Source of the DNA: Candidatus Latescibacterota bacterium
GTDB lineage: Bacteria > Latescibacterota > UBA2968
Direction: 5' to 3'
Length of the DNA: 64,000 nt
Assembly: GCA_965116885.1 (NCBI GenBank)
Contig: OZ220741.1
Location: forward strand, 1,088,001-1,152,000
This document shows positions 1 through 8,120 of the stretch, one piece after another. The notes under the pieces are model-generated. The model ran no database searches and was not told the origin of the DNA. It saw nothing but the letters and a program-made list of their open reading frames with translations. Within the stretch, counting starts at the first letter, position 1, and each line of letters begins with the position of its first letter. Position numbers and translations under genes: made by a program.

Positions 1-2
1 TC

Positions 3-173
3 GCGCTCTTTGGCGCCAACAGCAGCACATTGTGGGGACCCTATCCGGGCAACTACCCCCGCATCATCGTTGAACCGCCACCCGAAATTCCTCGAAACGC
101 CCAGGCCATGAAATGGATCCAAACCTCACACGTCATAGACGCTTATAACCGCCTCAACCTCCAACAACAATAG
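3..173 (+). CDS. Glycosyltransferase family 9 (heptosyltransferase-like), C-terminal fragment running in from the window edge
   Basis: Manual translation ALFGANSSTLWGPYPG...AMKWIQTSHVIDAY...* resembles the GT9 C-terminal ALFGPTxPxxWGP motif; TAG at 171-173. Confidence 0.6.
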   Translation, partial: ALFGANSSTLWGPYPGNYPRIIVEPPPEIPRNAQAMKWIQTSHVIDAYNRLNLQQQ

Positions 174-250
174 TTCCCATTTGTAAAAAAACGCGCCCTT
201 TGCTATCTTTGTCATAATTCTAATCTTCTAACCTCAACAACACGCGCCCC

Positions 251-1180
251 ATGCCCGACCTCAGCCTCGTCATACCCCTGCTCAACGAAGAAGAAAGCCT
301 GCGCCCGCTCATGGAACAAATCCGCGGCGTGCTCTCTACCCAGAACCGCACCTACGAAGTCATCTTCATCGACGATGGCAGCACCGACGGGTCAATCGCC
401 GTATTGGAAGACTTGCACAACACCTATCCCGAAGTCAAAGTCATCCAATTTCGGCGCAACTTTGGCAAAGCCGCGGCTTATACCGCCGGATTTCAACGCG
501 CACGCGGCACATACATCATCACCATGGACGCCGACCTGCAAGACGACCCGGCAGAAATCCCCAATCTCCTGTCCAAAATCGAAGAAGGCTATGACCTCGT
601 CTCTGGATGGAAGAAAAAACGCTTTGACCCCCTGGGCAAAACCCTGCCCTCCAAATTCTTCAACTGGGTCACGGGCTTTGTATCGGGCATAGACATACAC
701 GACTTTAACTGCGGCCTCAAAATCTACCGCAGCGAAGTCACAAAAGACATACGCGTACTCGGCGAACTCCACCGCTACATCCCCGTACTCGCCCACCTGG
801 AAGGGTATCGCATCGGTGAAATCCCCGTCCAGCACCACCCGCGACAATACGGCGTAACCAAATACGGCTGGGGGCGCCTGCTCAAAGGCTTCTTTGACCT
901 TCTCACCGTCATGTACATCGGCAAATACATGGGCCGGCCCCTCCACCTCTTTGGCACAGTGGGCCTCATCTTTGGCATCACGGGCATGCTCATCAACGCA
1001 TACATCGCATCCCTCTGGTTCCAAACCGGCACCATTCAATACCGGTATCCCCTGCTCATGCTCGGGGTTTTCCTCACCGTACTCGGCGTGCAATTCATCT
1101 GCACGGGCCTGCTCGCCGACATGCTGACCCGGGGTCCCCAGCCCAGTGAAAAATTCAACATTCGAAAAATTTTGGAATAA
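251..1180 (+). CDS. GT2 polyprenol-phosphate glycosyltransferase (ArnC/DPM1-like)
   Basis: DDGSTDGS, RNFGKAAA, MDADLQDDP, DFNCGLK motifs; two C-terminal TM helices. Confidence 0.9.
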   Translation: MPDLSLVIPLLNEEESLRPLMEQIRGVLSTQNRTYEVIFIDDGSTDGSIAVLEDLHNTYPEVKVIQFRRNFGKAAAYTAGFQRARGTYIITMDADLQDDPAEIPNLLSKIEEGYDLVSGWKKKRFDPLGKTLPSKFFNWVTGFVSGIDIHDFNCGLKIYRSEVTKDIRVLGELHRYIPVLAHLEGYRIGEIPVQHHPRQYGVTKYGWGRLLKGFFDLLTVMYIGKYMGRPLHLFGTVGLIFGITGMLINAYIASLWFQTGTIQYRYPLLMLGVFLTVLGVQFICTGLLADMLTRGPQPSEKFNIRKILE

Positions 1181-2305
1181 ATGACCACCAAAAACATCCT
1201 CGTCACCGGCGGCATGGGATTCGTCGGCTCCTACCTCGTCGATGAACTCGTACAGCGCGGACACCGCGTCCGCATCTACGACAACCTGGACCCTCAGGTA
1301 CACCCCAACCGCGAATTGCCGGACTACGCCAACCCCTATGCCGAATTTATCCAGGCCGACATCCGCGATCGCGACGCCTTAAAAAAAGCCCTTCACGGCA
1401 TTGAAATCATCTTCCACAAAGCCGCCGCTGTCGGTGTGGGACAATCGCAATACGAAATCAAAAAATACGTTGACGTCAACACCGGCGGCACCGCGAACCT
1501 GCTCGACATCCTCGTCAACGACAAACACAACATAGAAAAACTCATCGTCGCAGCCTCGCAAACCAGCTACGGCGAGGGCCGCTACACATGTGCAGAACAC
1601 GGTACACAACACCCGGGTCTCCGCCCAGAAAACCAGCTAAAAAATGCCCACTGGGAACACAGGTGTCCCATATGCAACCATGACATGCCCCCGGCACCTG
1701 TACCCGAAGACTCCGAACGCATCTGCCATACCATCTACGCACAAACCAAAACGCATCAAGAAGACATGGTCCTCAACATAGGCCGCGCGTACAAAATCCC
1801 CTCAATAGCCCTGCGCTACTTCAACATCTTCGGACCCCGGCAATCGCTCTCCAACCCCTACACGGGGGTAACCGCCATCTTCATGAGCCGCCTCAAAAAC
1901 AACAAACGCCCCGTCATCTACGAAGACGGCAAACAATCGCGCGACTTCATCTCCGTCCACGACATCGTAAGGGCCAACATCCTCGCCATGGAAAAATCCG
2001 AAGGAGATTATCAGGCCTTCAACGTCGGCAGTGGAATCGGCACATCCATCGAACACATCGCCCTGACCCTGTCCAACATCCTGGGCACGGAACACCTCGC
2101 GCCCCACATCCCCGGCACCTATCGCCAGGGCGACACCCGCCACAGCATTGCCGACATCTCCCACATAAAAAAAACACTGGGCTTTGTGCCCAGTGTCAGT
2201 TTTCAACACGGCATGGAAGAACTCGTCGAATGGGGGCGAAACCGCGAAGCCACAGACGGCTTTGCAAAAGCGCAAAACGCACTACAGCAAAGAGGTTTAA
2301 TTTAA
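1181..2305 (+). CDS. NAD-dependent nucleotide-sugar epimerase/dehydratase (extended SDR) with Cys-rich insert
   Basis: ILVTGGMGFVG, YAQTK (YxxxK), LRYFNIFGPRQ, RDFISVHD. Confidence 0.9.
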   Translation: MTTKNILVTGGMGFVGSYLVDELVQRGHRVRIYDNLDPQVHPNRELPDYANPYAEFIQADIRDRDALKKALHGIEIIFHKAAAVGVGQSQYEIKKYVDVNTGGTANLLDILVNDKHNIEKLIVAASQTSYGEGRYTCAEHGTQHPGLRPENQLKNAHWEHRCPICNHDMPPAPVPEDSERICHTIYAQTKTHQEDMVLNIGRAYKIPSIALRYFNIFGPRQSLSNPYTGVTAIFMSRLKNNKRPVIYEDGKQSRDFISVHDIVRANILAMEKSEGDYQAFNVGSGIGTSIEHIALTLSNILGTEHLAPHIPGTYRQGDTRHSIADISHIKKTLGFVPSVSFQHGMEELVEWGRNREATDGFAKAQNALQQRGLI

Positions 2306-2463
2306 ACCGGAACAAATTCACGAGCGGGAACCCGTTCCCGTATCTCGTGATCCCAGCGCAGCATTGTCCGAATCTTCTCAGATCGGTCAACATCACCGTG
2401 AATCGCATAATACAGTGCGCGATACGCCATGTGGTCGCGTTTTTCCAGATCGATGCGCGTCAT
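2302..2463 (-). CDS. Small hypothetical protein, 53 aa (MTRIDLEKRDHMAYRALYYAIHGDVDRSEKIRTMLRWDHEIRERVPAREFVPV)
   Basis: Below the ORF-track cutoff; AGAAGGAG RBS 7 nt before ATG; consensus sigma54 promoter upstream. Confidence 0.7.
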   Translation of the reverse strand: MTRIDLEKRDHMAYRALYYAIHGDVDRSEKIRTMLRWDHEIRERVPAREFVPV

Positions 2464-2520
2464 ATCATTTCTCCTTCTATGGGTGACAGTATTTCGGTAT
2501 CTTCAGGTATCTTTATCTAA

Positions 2521-2536
2521 AGCAAATCCCGTGCCA
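2521..2536 (-). promoter_or_regulatory. Sigma54 (-24/-12) promoter for the 53-aa ORF
   Basis: Minus strand TGGCAC-GGGAT-TTGCT matches TGGCAC-N5-TTGCW exactly. Confidence 0.85.
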
Positions 2537-2622
2537 CTTTTACTATTTTTTTATAATATTTTATTTAATACCTGATTTTACAGAACTTATCCGAAAACGC
2601 TCATATATAGCTAAAAAATTCA

Positions 2623-2682
2623 TGTGGCAAAAATGGAACATTATGGTCAAAATGACCACCTGTAATCCCACAAATTGGCACA
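2623..2682. promoter_or_regulatory. Candidate bEBP upstream activator sequences
   Basis: Perfect palindrome TGGTCA-AAA-TGACCA (2644-2658) flanked by related TGTGGCAAAAATGGAACA and CCCACAAATTGGCACA, about 90-140 bp upstream of the sigma54 promoter across an AT-rich spacer. Confidence 0.55.
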
Positions 2683-2691
2683 TTTTTTTCT

Positions 2692-4722
2692 ATGGCATTT
2701 GAAAACGAAACAGATCGGATGCTCGACAATAAGTGGATATTCCCGACTTATATCGTCTTAATGGGCATCCTCGCATGCATCGCCTATGGTCATCTGCTCA
2801 ACCATCCGTTTGGCACCGATGATTTTGAGCATATAGCCGATGTTGAAGCGATCCTGGAAGACCCAACACGCCTATTTTCGCCTGAACATCATTATCACGG
2901 CAGACCTTTGGTCGATATCGTACTTTTGATCGGATATGTTTTATGGGGCAAAAATCCTGGGGCGTATCACGCTCTGACAATCACCCTCCATTTTTTGGTC
3001 AGCCTGCGGCTGGTTCAGACATTCAGGCTCTTTGGCGCGAGCACACCTGTGAGCATGTTGGCAGGTGCATTTTTTTTCTTATATGCAGCGAATTTTGAGA
3101 CCATGCAGTGGATAGCTGCTTCGGCCTATATCCTTGCTCTGATCTTTGCATTGGAAGTTTTGCGCGTATATAAAAACGTACCTTTATCGCGTCCTCAAAT
3201 GTTGCTTGCTGCCCTCTATATACTCCTGGGTATTCTGGCACAACCAGCGTCAGTATTTGTTCTCGGCGTCTGCGTCTATATTGCCTATACACGCACGAAA
3301 TCGCTGTCCGAAACAATTTTCAGCACACTACCTTCTGTGTTGGCGGGGTTTATAGGTGTTGGATGCGTGTATGTGTTTTACGCGAGTTCACCACAGGTTG
3401 AACAATGGTCAATGAATACGGATATAAGTTCCTATTTCCAGCATTTGGGATACCTCATTTTATGGGCTTTTTATTTCCCTATGCACCTGACAATAGGCCA
3501 GGAGGGCGTGTTGACACCTACGACCTATGCTTTAATCGCCGGTATATCCTTCGCTTTAATTTTGTTCTTTCTTATTTTTTTTAGAAAAACACCCGTTTCG
3601 ATCTGGTCCTTATGGACGCTTGCGGCACTCGTGCCCTTTTTTCCTAAATCGGCCCTCTATTCGCGTTACTTCTACTTCGCATCAGCGGGCTCGGCATTTG
3701 TGCTTGCTTATTTTTTTATTTTTTTGTGGACTGCAGCATTTAAAAAAATATCCCGGCCCCTTGCTTATACAATCGGGATAGTGATTCTCGCCATTTTAGT
3801 TTCATCAAGCATTTTTACCCACAAACGAGCAGAAGCCATTGCACTCTACTTTGCGGGCAGAGCACATATCGCCCGTGAGTTTTATAAAGATGGGATTGAG
3901 TTACTCACCCGTGCACTACAAAAAAATGCCCAGGGCATACCCATAGACGCTTATGAACGCCTATCGCTGACTTCATTTAATGAAGGAAAAAACCCAGGCC
4001 ACATTTTGCGCGAAGGGTTAAAACACTACCCCAACCATCCTCAACTTACCCCGGAACTCAATCTCTTGCTTGGGCTGTCTATGTATTTGGACGATACCCA
4101 AATCACAGAAGGCAAAGCACTTGTGCGAAAAATTTATGAATCTACTGAGAACAAATTGAGATTGCACAAAATTGCTGGCACCTGCCTGAACAACTTAGCC
4201 GGGTATTATTCAAACAACAAAAACTACGAAAAAGCTTTGTCCCTGTATCGGGAAGCCCTTGTTTTTCTCCCCAATCATTATAAGGCACATTTGAGACTCA
4301 TCGGAGTACTTTTCGAACTCAATCGCACCAATGAAGCCATTCAAGCTGCACGCCAGGCAATTGACAGGCATCCGAAAAATAAAGATATGGCGTTCCGTTT
4401 GTTCGCTATACTCTTTAACGCAAAACAATACGCTGAAGCCGAGAAGGTGTACCGCCATTATCTCACCCTTGATCCCCGGGCTATCAACCCACACTTCTAT
4501 CTCGGGGCCCTCGCATTGGCACAAGGACGTTATGAGGAAGCCATTGTTAAATTGCAACGCACCATAAAAGATGACCCTGCTGACACTGACGCACATCTAT
4601 ATCTGGCTCAGGCGCTCGAAAAGGTGGGCAAATCACAAGAGGCGGTGCAGGCCTACCGTCGGGTTCTTACTCTGGATCCACACAACAAATTCGCCAACGA
4701 CCGCCTCAAAGCCAACGAGTAG
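2692..4722 (+). CDS. TMTC-like GT-C membrane glycosyltransferase with C-terminal TPRs (paralog 1)
   Basis: Multi-TM N-terminal half with TDDF (DD loop), GRPL, HALTITLH, RYFYFASAG motifs typical of TMTC-type GT-C; TPR repeats in C-terminal half. Confidence 0.7.
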   Translation: MAFENETDRMLDNKWIFPTYIVLMGILACIAYGHLLNHPFGTDDFEHIADVEAILEDPTRLFSPEHHYHGRPLVDIVLLIGYVLWGKNPGAYHALTITLHFLVSLRLVQTFRLFGASTPVSMLAGAFFFLYAANFETMQWIAASAYILALIFALEVLRVYKNVPLSRPQMLLAALYILLGILAQPASVFVLGVCVYIAYTRTKSLSETIFSTLPSVLAGFIGVGCVYVFYASSPQVEQWSMNTDISSYFQHLGYLILWAFYFPMHLTIGQEGVLTPTTYALIAGISFALILFFLIFFRKTPVSIWSLWTLAALVPFFPKSALYSRYFYFASAGSAFVLAYFFIFLWTAAFKKISRPLAYTIGIVILAILVSSSIFTHKRAEAIALYFAGRAHIAREFYKDGIELLTRALQKNAQGIPIDAYERLSLTSFNEGKNPGHILREGLKHYPNHPQLTPELNLLLGLSMYLDDTQITEGKALVRKIYESTENKLRLHKIAGTCLNNLAGYYSNNKNYEKALSLYREALVFLPNHYKAHLRLIGVLFELNRTNEAIQAARQAIDRHPKNKDMAFRLFAILFNAKQYAEAEKVYRHYLTLDPRAINPHFYLGALALAQGRYEEAIVKLQRTIKDDPADTDAHLYLAQALEKVGKSQEAVQAYRRVLTLDPHNKFANDRLKANE

Positions 4723-4731
4723 ATGAACCAC

Positions 4732-6768
4732 ATGGCACTTGAAAACGAAACAAATAGGATACTCAACAATAAGTGGATATTCCCGATCTACATCGTCTTA
4801 ATGGGCATCCTCGCATGCATCGCCTATAGTCATCTGCTTGACCATGCGTTTAGCACCGATGATTTTGAGCATATAGCCGATGTTGAAGCGATCCTGGAAG
4901 ACCCAACACGCCTATTTTCGCCTGAACATCATTATCACGGCAGACCTTTGGTCGATATTGTACTTTTGATCGGATATGTTTTATGGGGCAAAAATCCTGG
5001 GGCGTATCACGCTCTGACAATCACCCTCCATTTTTTGGTCAGCCTGCGGCTGGTTCAGACATTCAGGCTCTTTGGCGCGAGCACACCTGTTAGCCTGTTG
5101 GCAGGTATATTTTTTTTGATATATACAGCCAATTTTGAAACTGTGCAGCGGATAGCTACTTTGGCCTATATCCTTGCTCTGATCTTTGCATTGGAAGTTT
5201 TGCGCGTATATAAAACTGCACCTTTATCGCGTTTTCAAATGTTGCTTGCAGCATTCTACATGCTCTTGGGTATCCTGACACACCCAGCGTCAGTATTTGT
5301 TCTCGGCGTTTGTATCTATATTGCCTATATACGCACAGGGTCGCTTTCTGGGACAATTTTCAGCACAACACCTTCTGTGTTGGTGGGATTAATAGGTGCT
5401 GGATGTATGTATGTGTTTTACTCGAGTGCGCCACAGGTTGGAGAATGGTCAACAATTACGGATGTAAGTCGCTATTTCCAGCATTTGGGACACCTCATTT
5501 TATGGGCATTTTATTTACCCATAAGTGCAACAGACCTGGCGCATCCTGAATTTACGACCCTTGCTTTAATCCTCGGTATATCCTTCGCTTTAATTTTGTT
5601 CTTTCTTGTTGTGTGTAAAAAAACTCCCGTTTCAGTTTGGTCCTTATGGACGCTTACAGCACTCGTGCCTTTTTTTAGTAAATCGACTCTCGCCTGGCGT
5701 TATCTCTACTTCGCATCAGCGGGCTCGGCATTTGTACTTGCCTATTTTTTTATTTTTTTCTTTACCGCAGTTTTCAAAAAAATCTCCCGGCCTCTTGCTT
5801 ACACAACCGGGATAGCGATTCTCGCCATTTTACTTTCATCAAGCATTTTTGCCCACAAACGAGCAGAAGCCATTGCACTCTATTTTGCAGGCAGAGCACA
5901 TCTCGCCCGTGAGTTTTATGAAGATGGGATTGAGTTACTCACTCGTGCATTGAAAAAAAATGCCCAAGGCATTCCCGTAGATGCTTATAAACGCCTATCG
6001 CTGGCTTTATTTGGTGAAGGAAAAAATCCAGGCCACATTTTGCGCGAAGGGTTAAAACACTATCCCGACCATCCTCAACACACCCCGGAACTCAATCTCT
6101 TGCTCGGTCTGTCTATGTATTTGGACGATACTCAAATCACAGAAGGTAAAGCACTTGTGCGAAAGATTTATGAATCTTCCGCAAACAAAACGGAATTGAT
6201 CTCAATTGCGGGCTCCTCTCTGATCAACTTAGCCCTGTATTATTTGGCTAATAAAGACTACGAAAAAGCTTTGTCCATGTGCCGAGAAGCCCTGGCCTTT
6301 CAGCCCAATAATTACAAAGCACATTTTATGCTTGTACCACTACTCTTCAAACTCAATCGCATCAATGAGGCCATTCAAGCCACGCACCAGGCCATTGACT
6401 ATCTAAAAAATAAAGAAATGGCTCTATCTTTCTTCCTTATACTCACTGAAAAAGAACAATATGCTGAAGCCGAAAAAGTGTACCGCCATTATCTCGCCCT
6501 TGATCCCCAAGCTCCGAACGCACACTACAATCTGGGAACCCTCGCATTGGCACAGGGGCGCAATGAGGAAGCCATTGTGAATTTACAACGCGCAGTAAAA
6601 GATGATCCTGCTGACACTGATGCACATCTATATCTGGCTCAGGCGTTCGAAAAGGTGGGACAAACACAGGAGGCGATACGCGCCTATCGCCGGGTACTTG
6701 TTTTAGATCCGCACAACAAATTCGCCAACGACCGCGTCAAAGCCAACGAGACCAGGCCTACCCCGTAA
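4732..6768 (+). CDS. TMTC-like GT-C membrane glycosyltransferase with C-terminal TPRs (paralog 2)
   Basis: Tandem duplicate of 2692-4722 at 2040-bp offset; start set by alignment (MALENET vs MAFENET). Confidence 0.7.
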   Translation: MALENETNRILNNKWIFPIYIVLMGILACIAYSHLLDHAFSTDDFEHIADVEAILEDPTRLFSPEHHYHGRPLVDIVLLIGYVLWGKNPGAYHALTITLHFLVSLRLVQTFRLFGASTPVSLLAGIFFLIYTANFETVQRIATLAYILALIFALEVLRVYKTAPLSRFQMLLAAFYMLLGILTHPASVFVLGVCIYIAYIRTGSLSGTIFSTTPSVLVGLIGAGCMYVFYSSAPQVGEWSTITDVSRYFQHLGHLILWAFYLPISATDLAHPEFTTLALILGISFALILFFLVVCKKTPVSVWSLWTLTALVPFFSKSTLAWRYLYFASAGSAFVLAYFFIFFFTAVFKKISRPLAYTTGIAILAILLSSSIFAHKRAEAIALYFAGRAHLAREFYEDGIELLTRALKKNAQGIPVDAYKRLSLALFGEGKNPGHILREGLKHYPDHPQHTPELNLLLGLSMYLDDTQITEGKALVRKIYESSANKTELISIAGSSLINLALYYLANKDYEKALSMCREALAFQPNNYKAHFMLVPLLFKLNRINEAIQATHQAIDYLKNKEMALSFFLILTEKEQYAEAEKVYRHYLALDPQAPNAHYNLGTLALAQGRNEEAIVNLQRAVKDDPADTDAHLYLAQAFEKVGQTQEAIRAYRRVLVLDPHNKFANDRVKANETRPTP

Positions 6769-6833
6769 TGTCTCTATACAGAGACCGTCCCTCACTTGTT
6801 TAACTAACCGCTTCTCTTAAGGAGTAACCCTTC

Positions 6834-8117
6834 ATGCTCGACATCAACCTCATTCGCAAAAACCCCGAACATGTCACCCGGGCATTGCAAAAACGCATGG
6901 ACGACATCGACTTCACAGACCTGCTCATCTGGGATGAAAAACGCCGTATGCACATCGCAGAAGCCGGACAGCTCCGCGCAAAACGCAACAGCGTCTCTGC
7001 CCAAATCCCCCAAATAAAAAAAGCGGGCGGAGACATCGCCCAGATACAAACAGAAATGCGCGACGTCTCGACCCGCATCAAAACCATTGAAACCGAACTC
7101 GCGGAAATCGAGCAAAACATCCATCTATTTATCGAAAGCCTCCCCAACATACCCGCAGACGACGTACCCCCCGGAGACAAAGAAAACAACCGCGTCATAC
7201 GCACATGGGGTGAAAAACCCGCCCCCGACTTTGATCCCCAGGACCACGTCGAACTCGTCACCCGCCTTCGCCTGATCGACTACGAACGCGGCGTCAAAAT
7301 GGGTGGAACGGGATTCTGGCTCTATATCGGCGACGGCGCGCGCCTCGAATGGGCCTTGCTCAACTACTTCATCGACAGCCACATTGACGACGGCTACGAA
7401 TTTGTACTCCCCCCACACATACTCAACGAAGCATGTGGCTTCACCGCCGGACAATTCCCCAAATTTGCCGACGACGTATTCCACCTCAAAACCGGCGACG
7501 ACAAAGTGCAATTCCTCTTGCCCACCTCTGAAACCGCGCTCATCAACTTCTACCGGGACGAAATCATCCCCGAAACAGACCTGCCCAAAAAATTCTTCTC
7601 CTACACCCCATGTTATCGCAAAGAAGCCGGCAGCTATCGGGCGCAGGAACGGGGCATGATTCGCGGTCACCAATTCAACAAAATCGAAATGTTCCAATTC
7701 ACCCGCCCCGAAGACTCCGAAGACGCACTCGAAGAACTCATCCACAAAGCCGAAAAACTCACCCGGAACCTGGGCCTGCATCATCGCGTCTCCATGCTCG
7801 CCGCAAAAGACGTCAGCGCATCCATGGCCAAAACCTACGACATCGAAGTCTGGATCCCCAGCATGAACGAATACAAAGAAGTCAGCTCCGCCTCCAATGC
7901 CAGCGACTATCAAGCCAGACGCGGCAGCATCCGATTCAAACGCACAGAAACCGGCAAAAACGAACTCGTACACACCCTCAACGCCTCGGGCCTGGCGACC
8001 AGCCGCATCATCCCCGCAATCGTCGAACAAAATCAAAACAGTGACGGCAGCGTCACCATCCCCGAAGTTCTGCGCCCCTATCTGGGGGGAAAAGAAATTT
8101 TTGAACCCGTGGATTAG
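6834..8117 (+). CDS. serS: Serine--tRNA ligase
   Basis: MLDINLIR N-terminus, coiled arm, LLPTSE, CYRKEAGS, RGHQFNKIE, EVSSASN, HTLNASGLA. Confidence 0.97.
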   Translation: MLDINLIRKNPEHVTRALQKRMDDIDFTDLLIWDEKRRMHIAEAGQLRAKRNSVSAQIPQIKKAGGDIAQIQTEMRDVSTRIKTIETELAEIEQNIHLFIESLPNIPADDVPPGDKENNRVIRTWGEKPAPDFDPQDHVELVTRLRLIDYERGVKMGGTGFWLYIGDGARLEWALLNYFIDSHIDDGYEFVLPPHILNEACGFTAGQFPKFADDVFHLKTGDDKVQFLLPTSETALINFYRDEIIPETDLPKKFFSYTPCYRKEAGSYRAQERGMIRGHQFNKIEMFQFTRPEDSEDALEELIHKAEKLTRNLGLHHRVSMLAAKDVSASMAKTYDIEVWIPSMNEYKEVSSASNASDYQARRGSIRFKRTETGKNELVHTLNASGLATSRIIPAIVEQNQNSDGSVTIPEVLRPYLGGKEIFEPVD

Positions 8118-8120
8118 CTC

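Noticed and set aside
392..1303. Long antisense or alternative-frame ORFs (also 7125-8036, 17435-18187, 48327-49685, 59726-61282)
   Set aside because: Shadows of well-supported genes; skewed codon use depletes stops; no recognisable motifs
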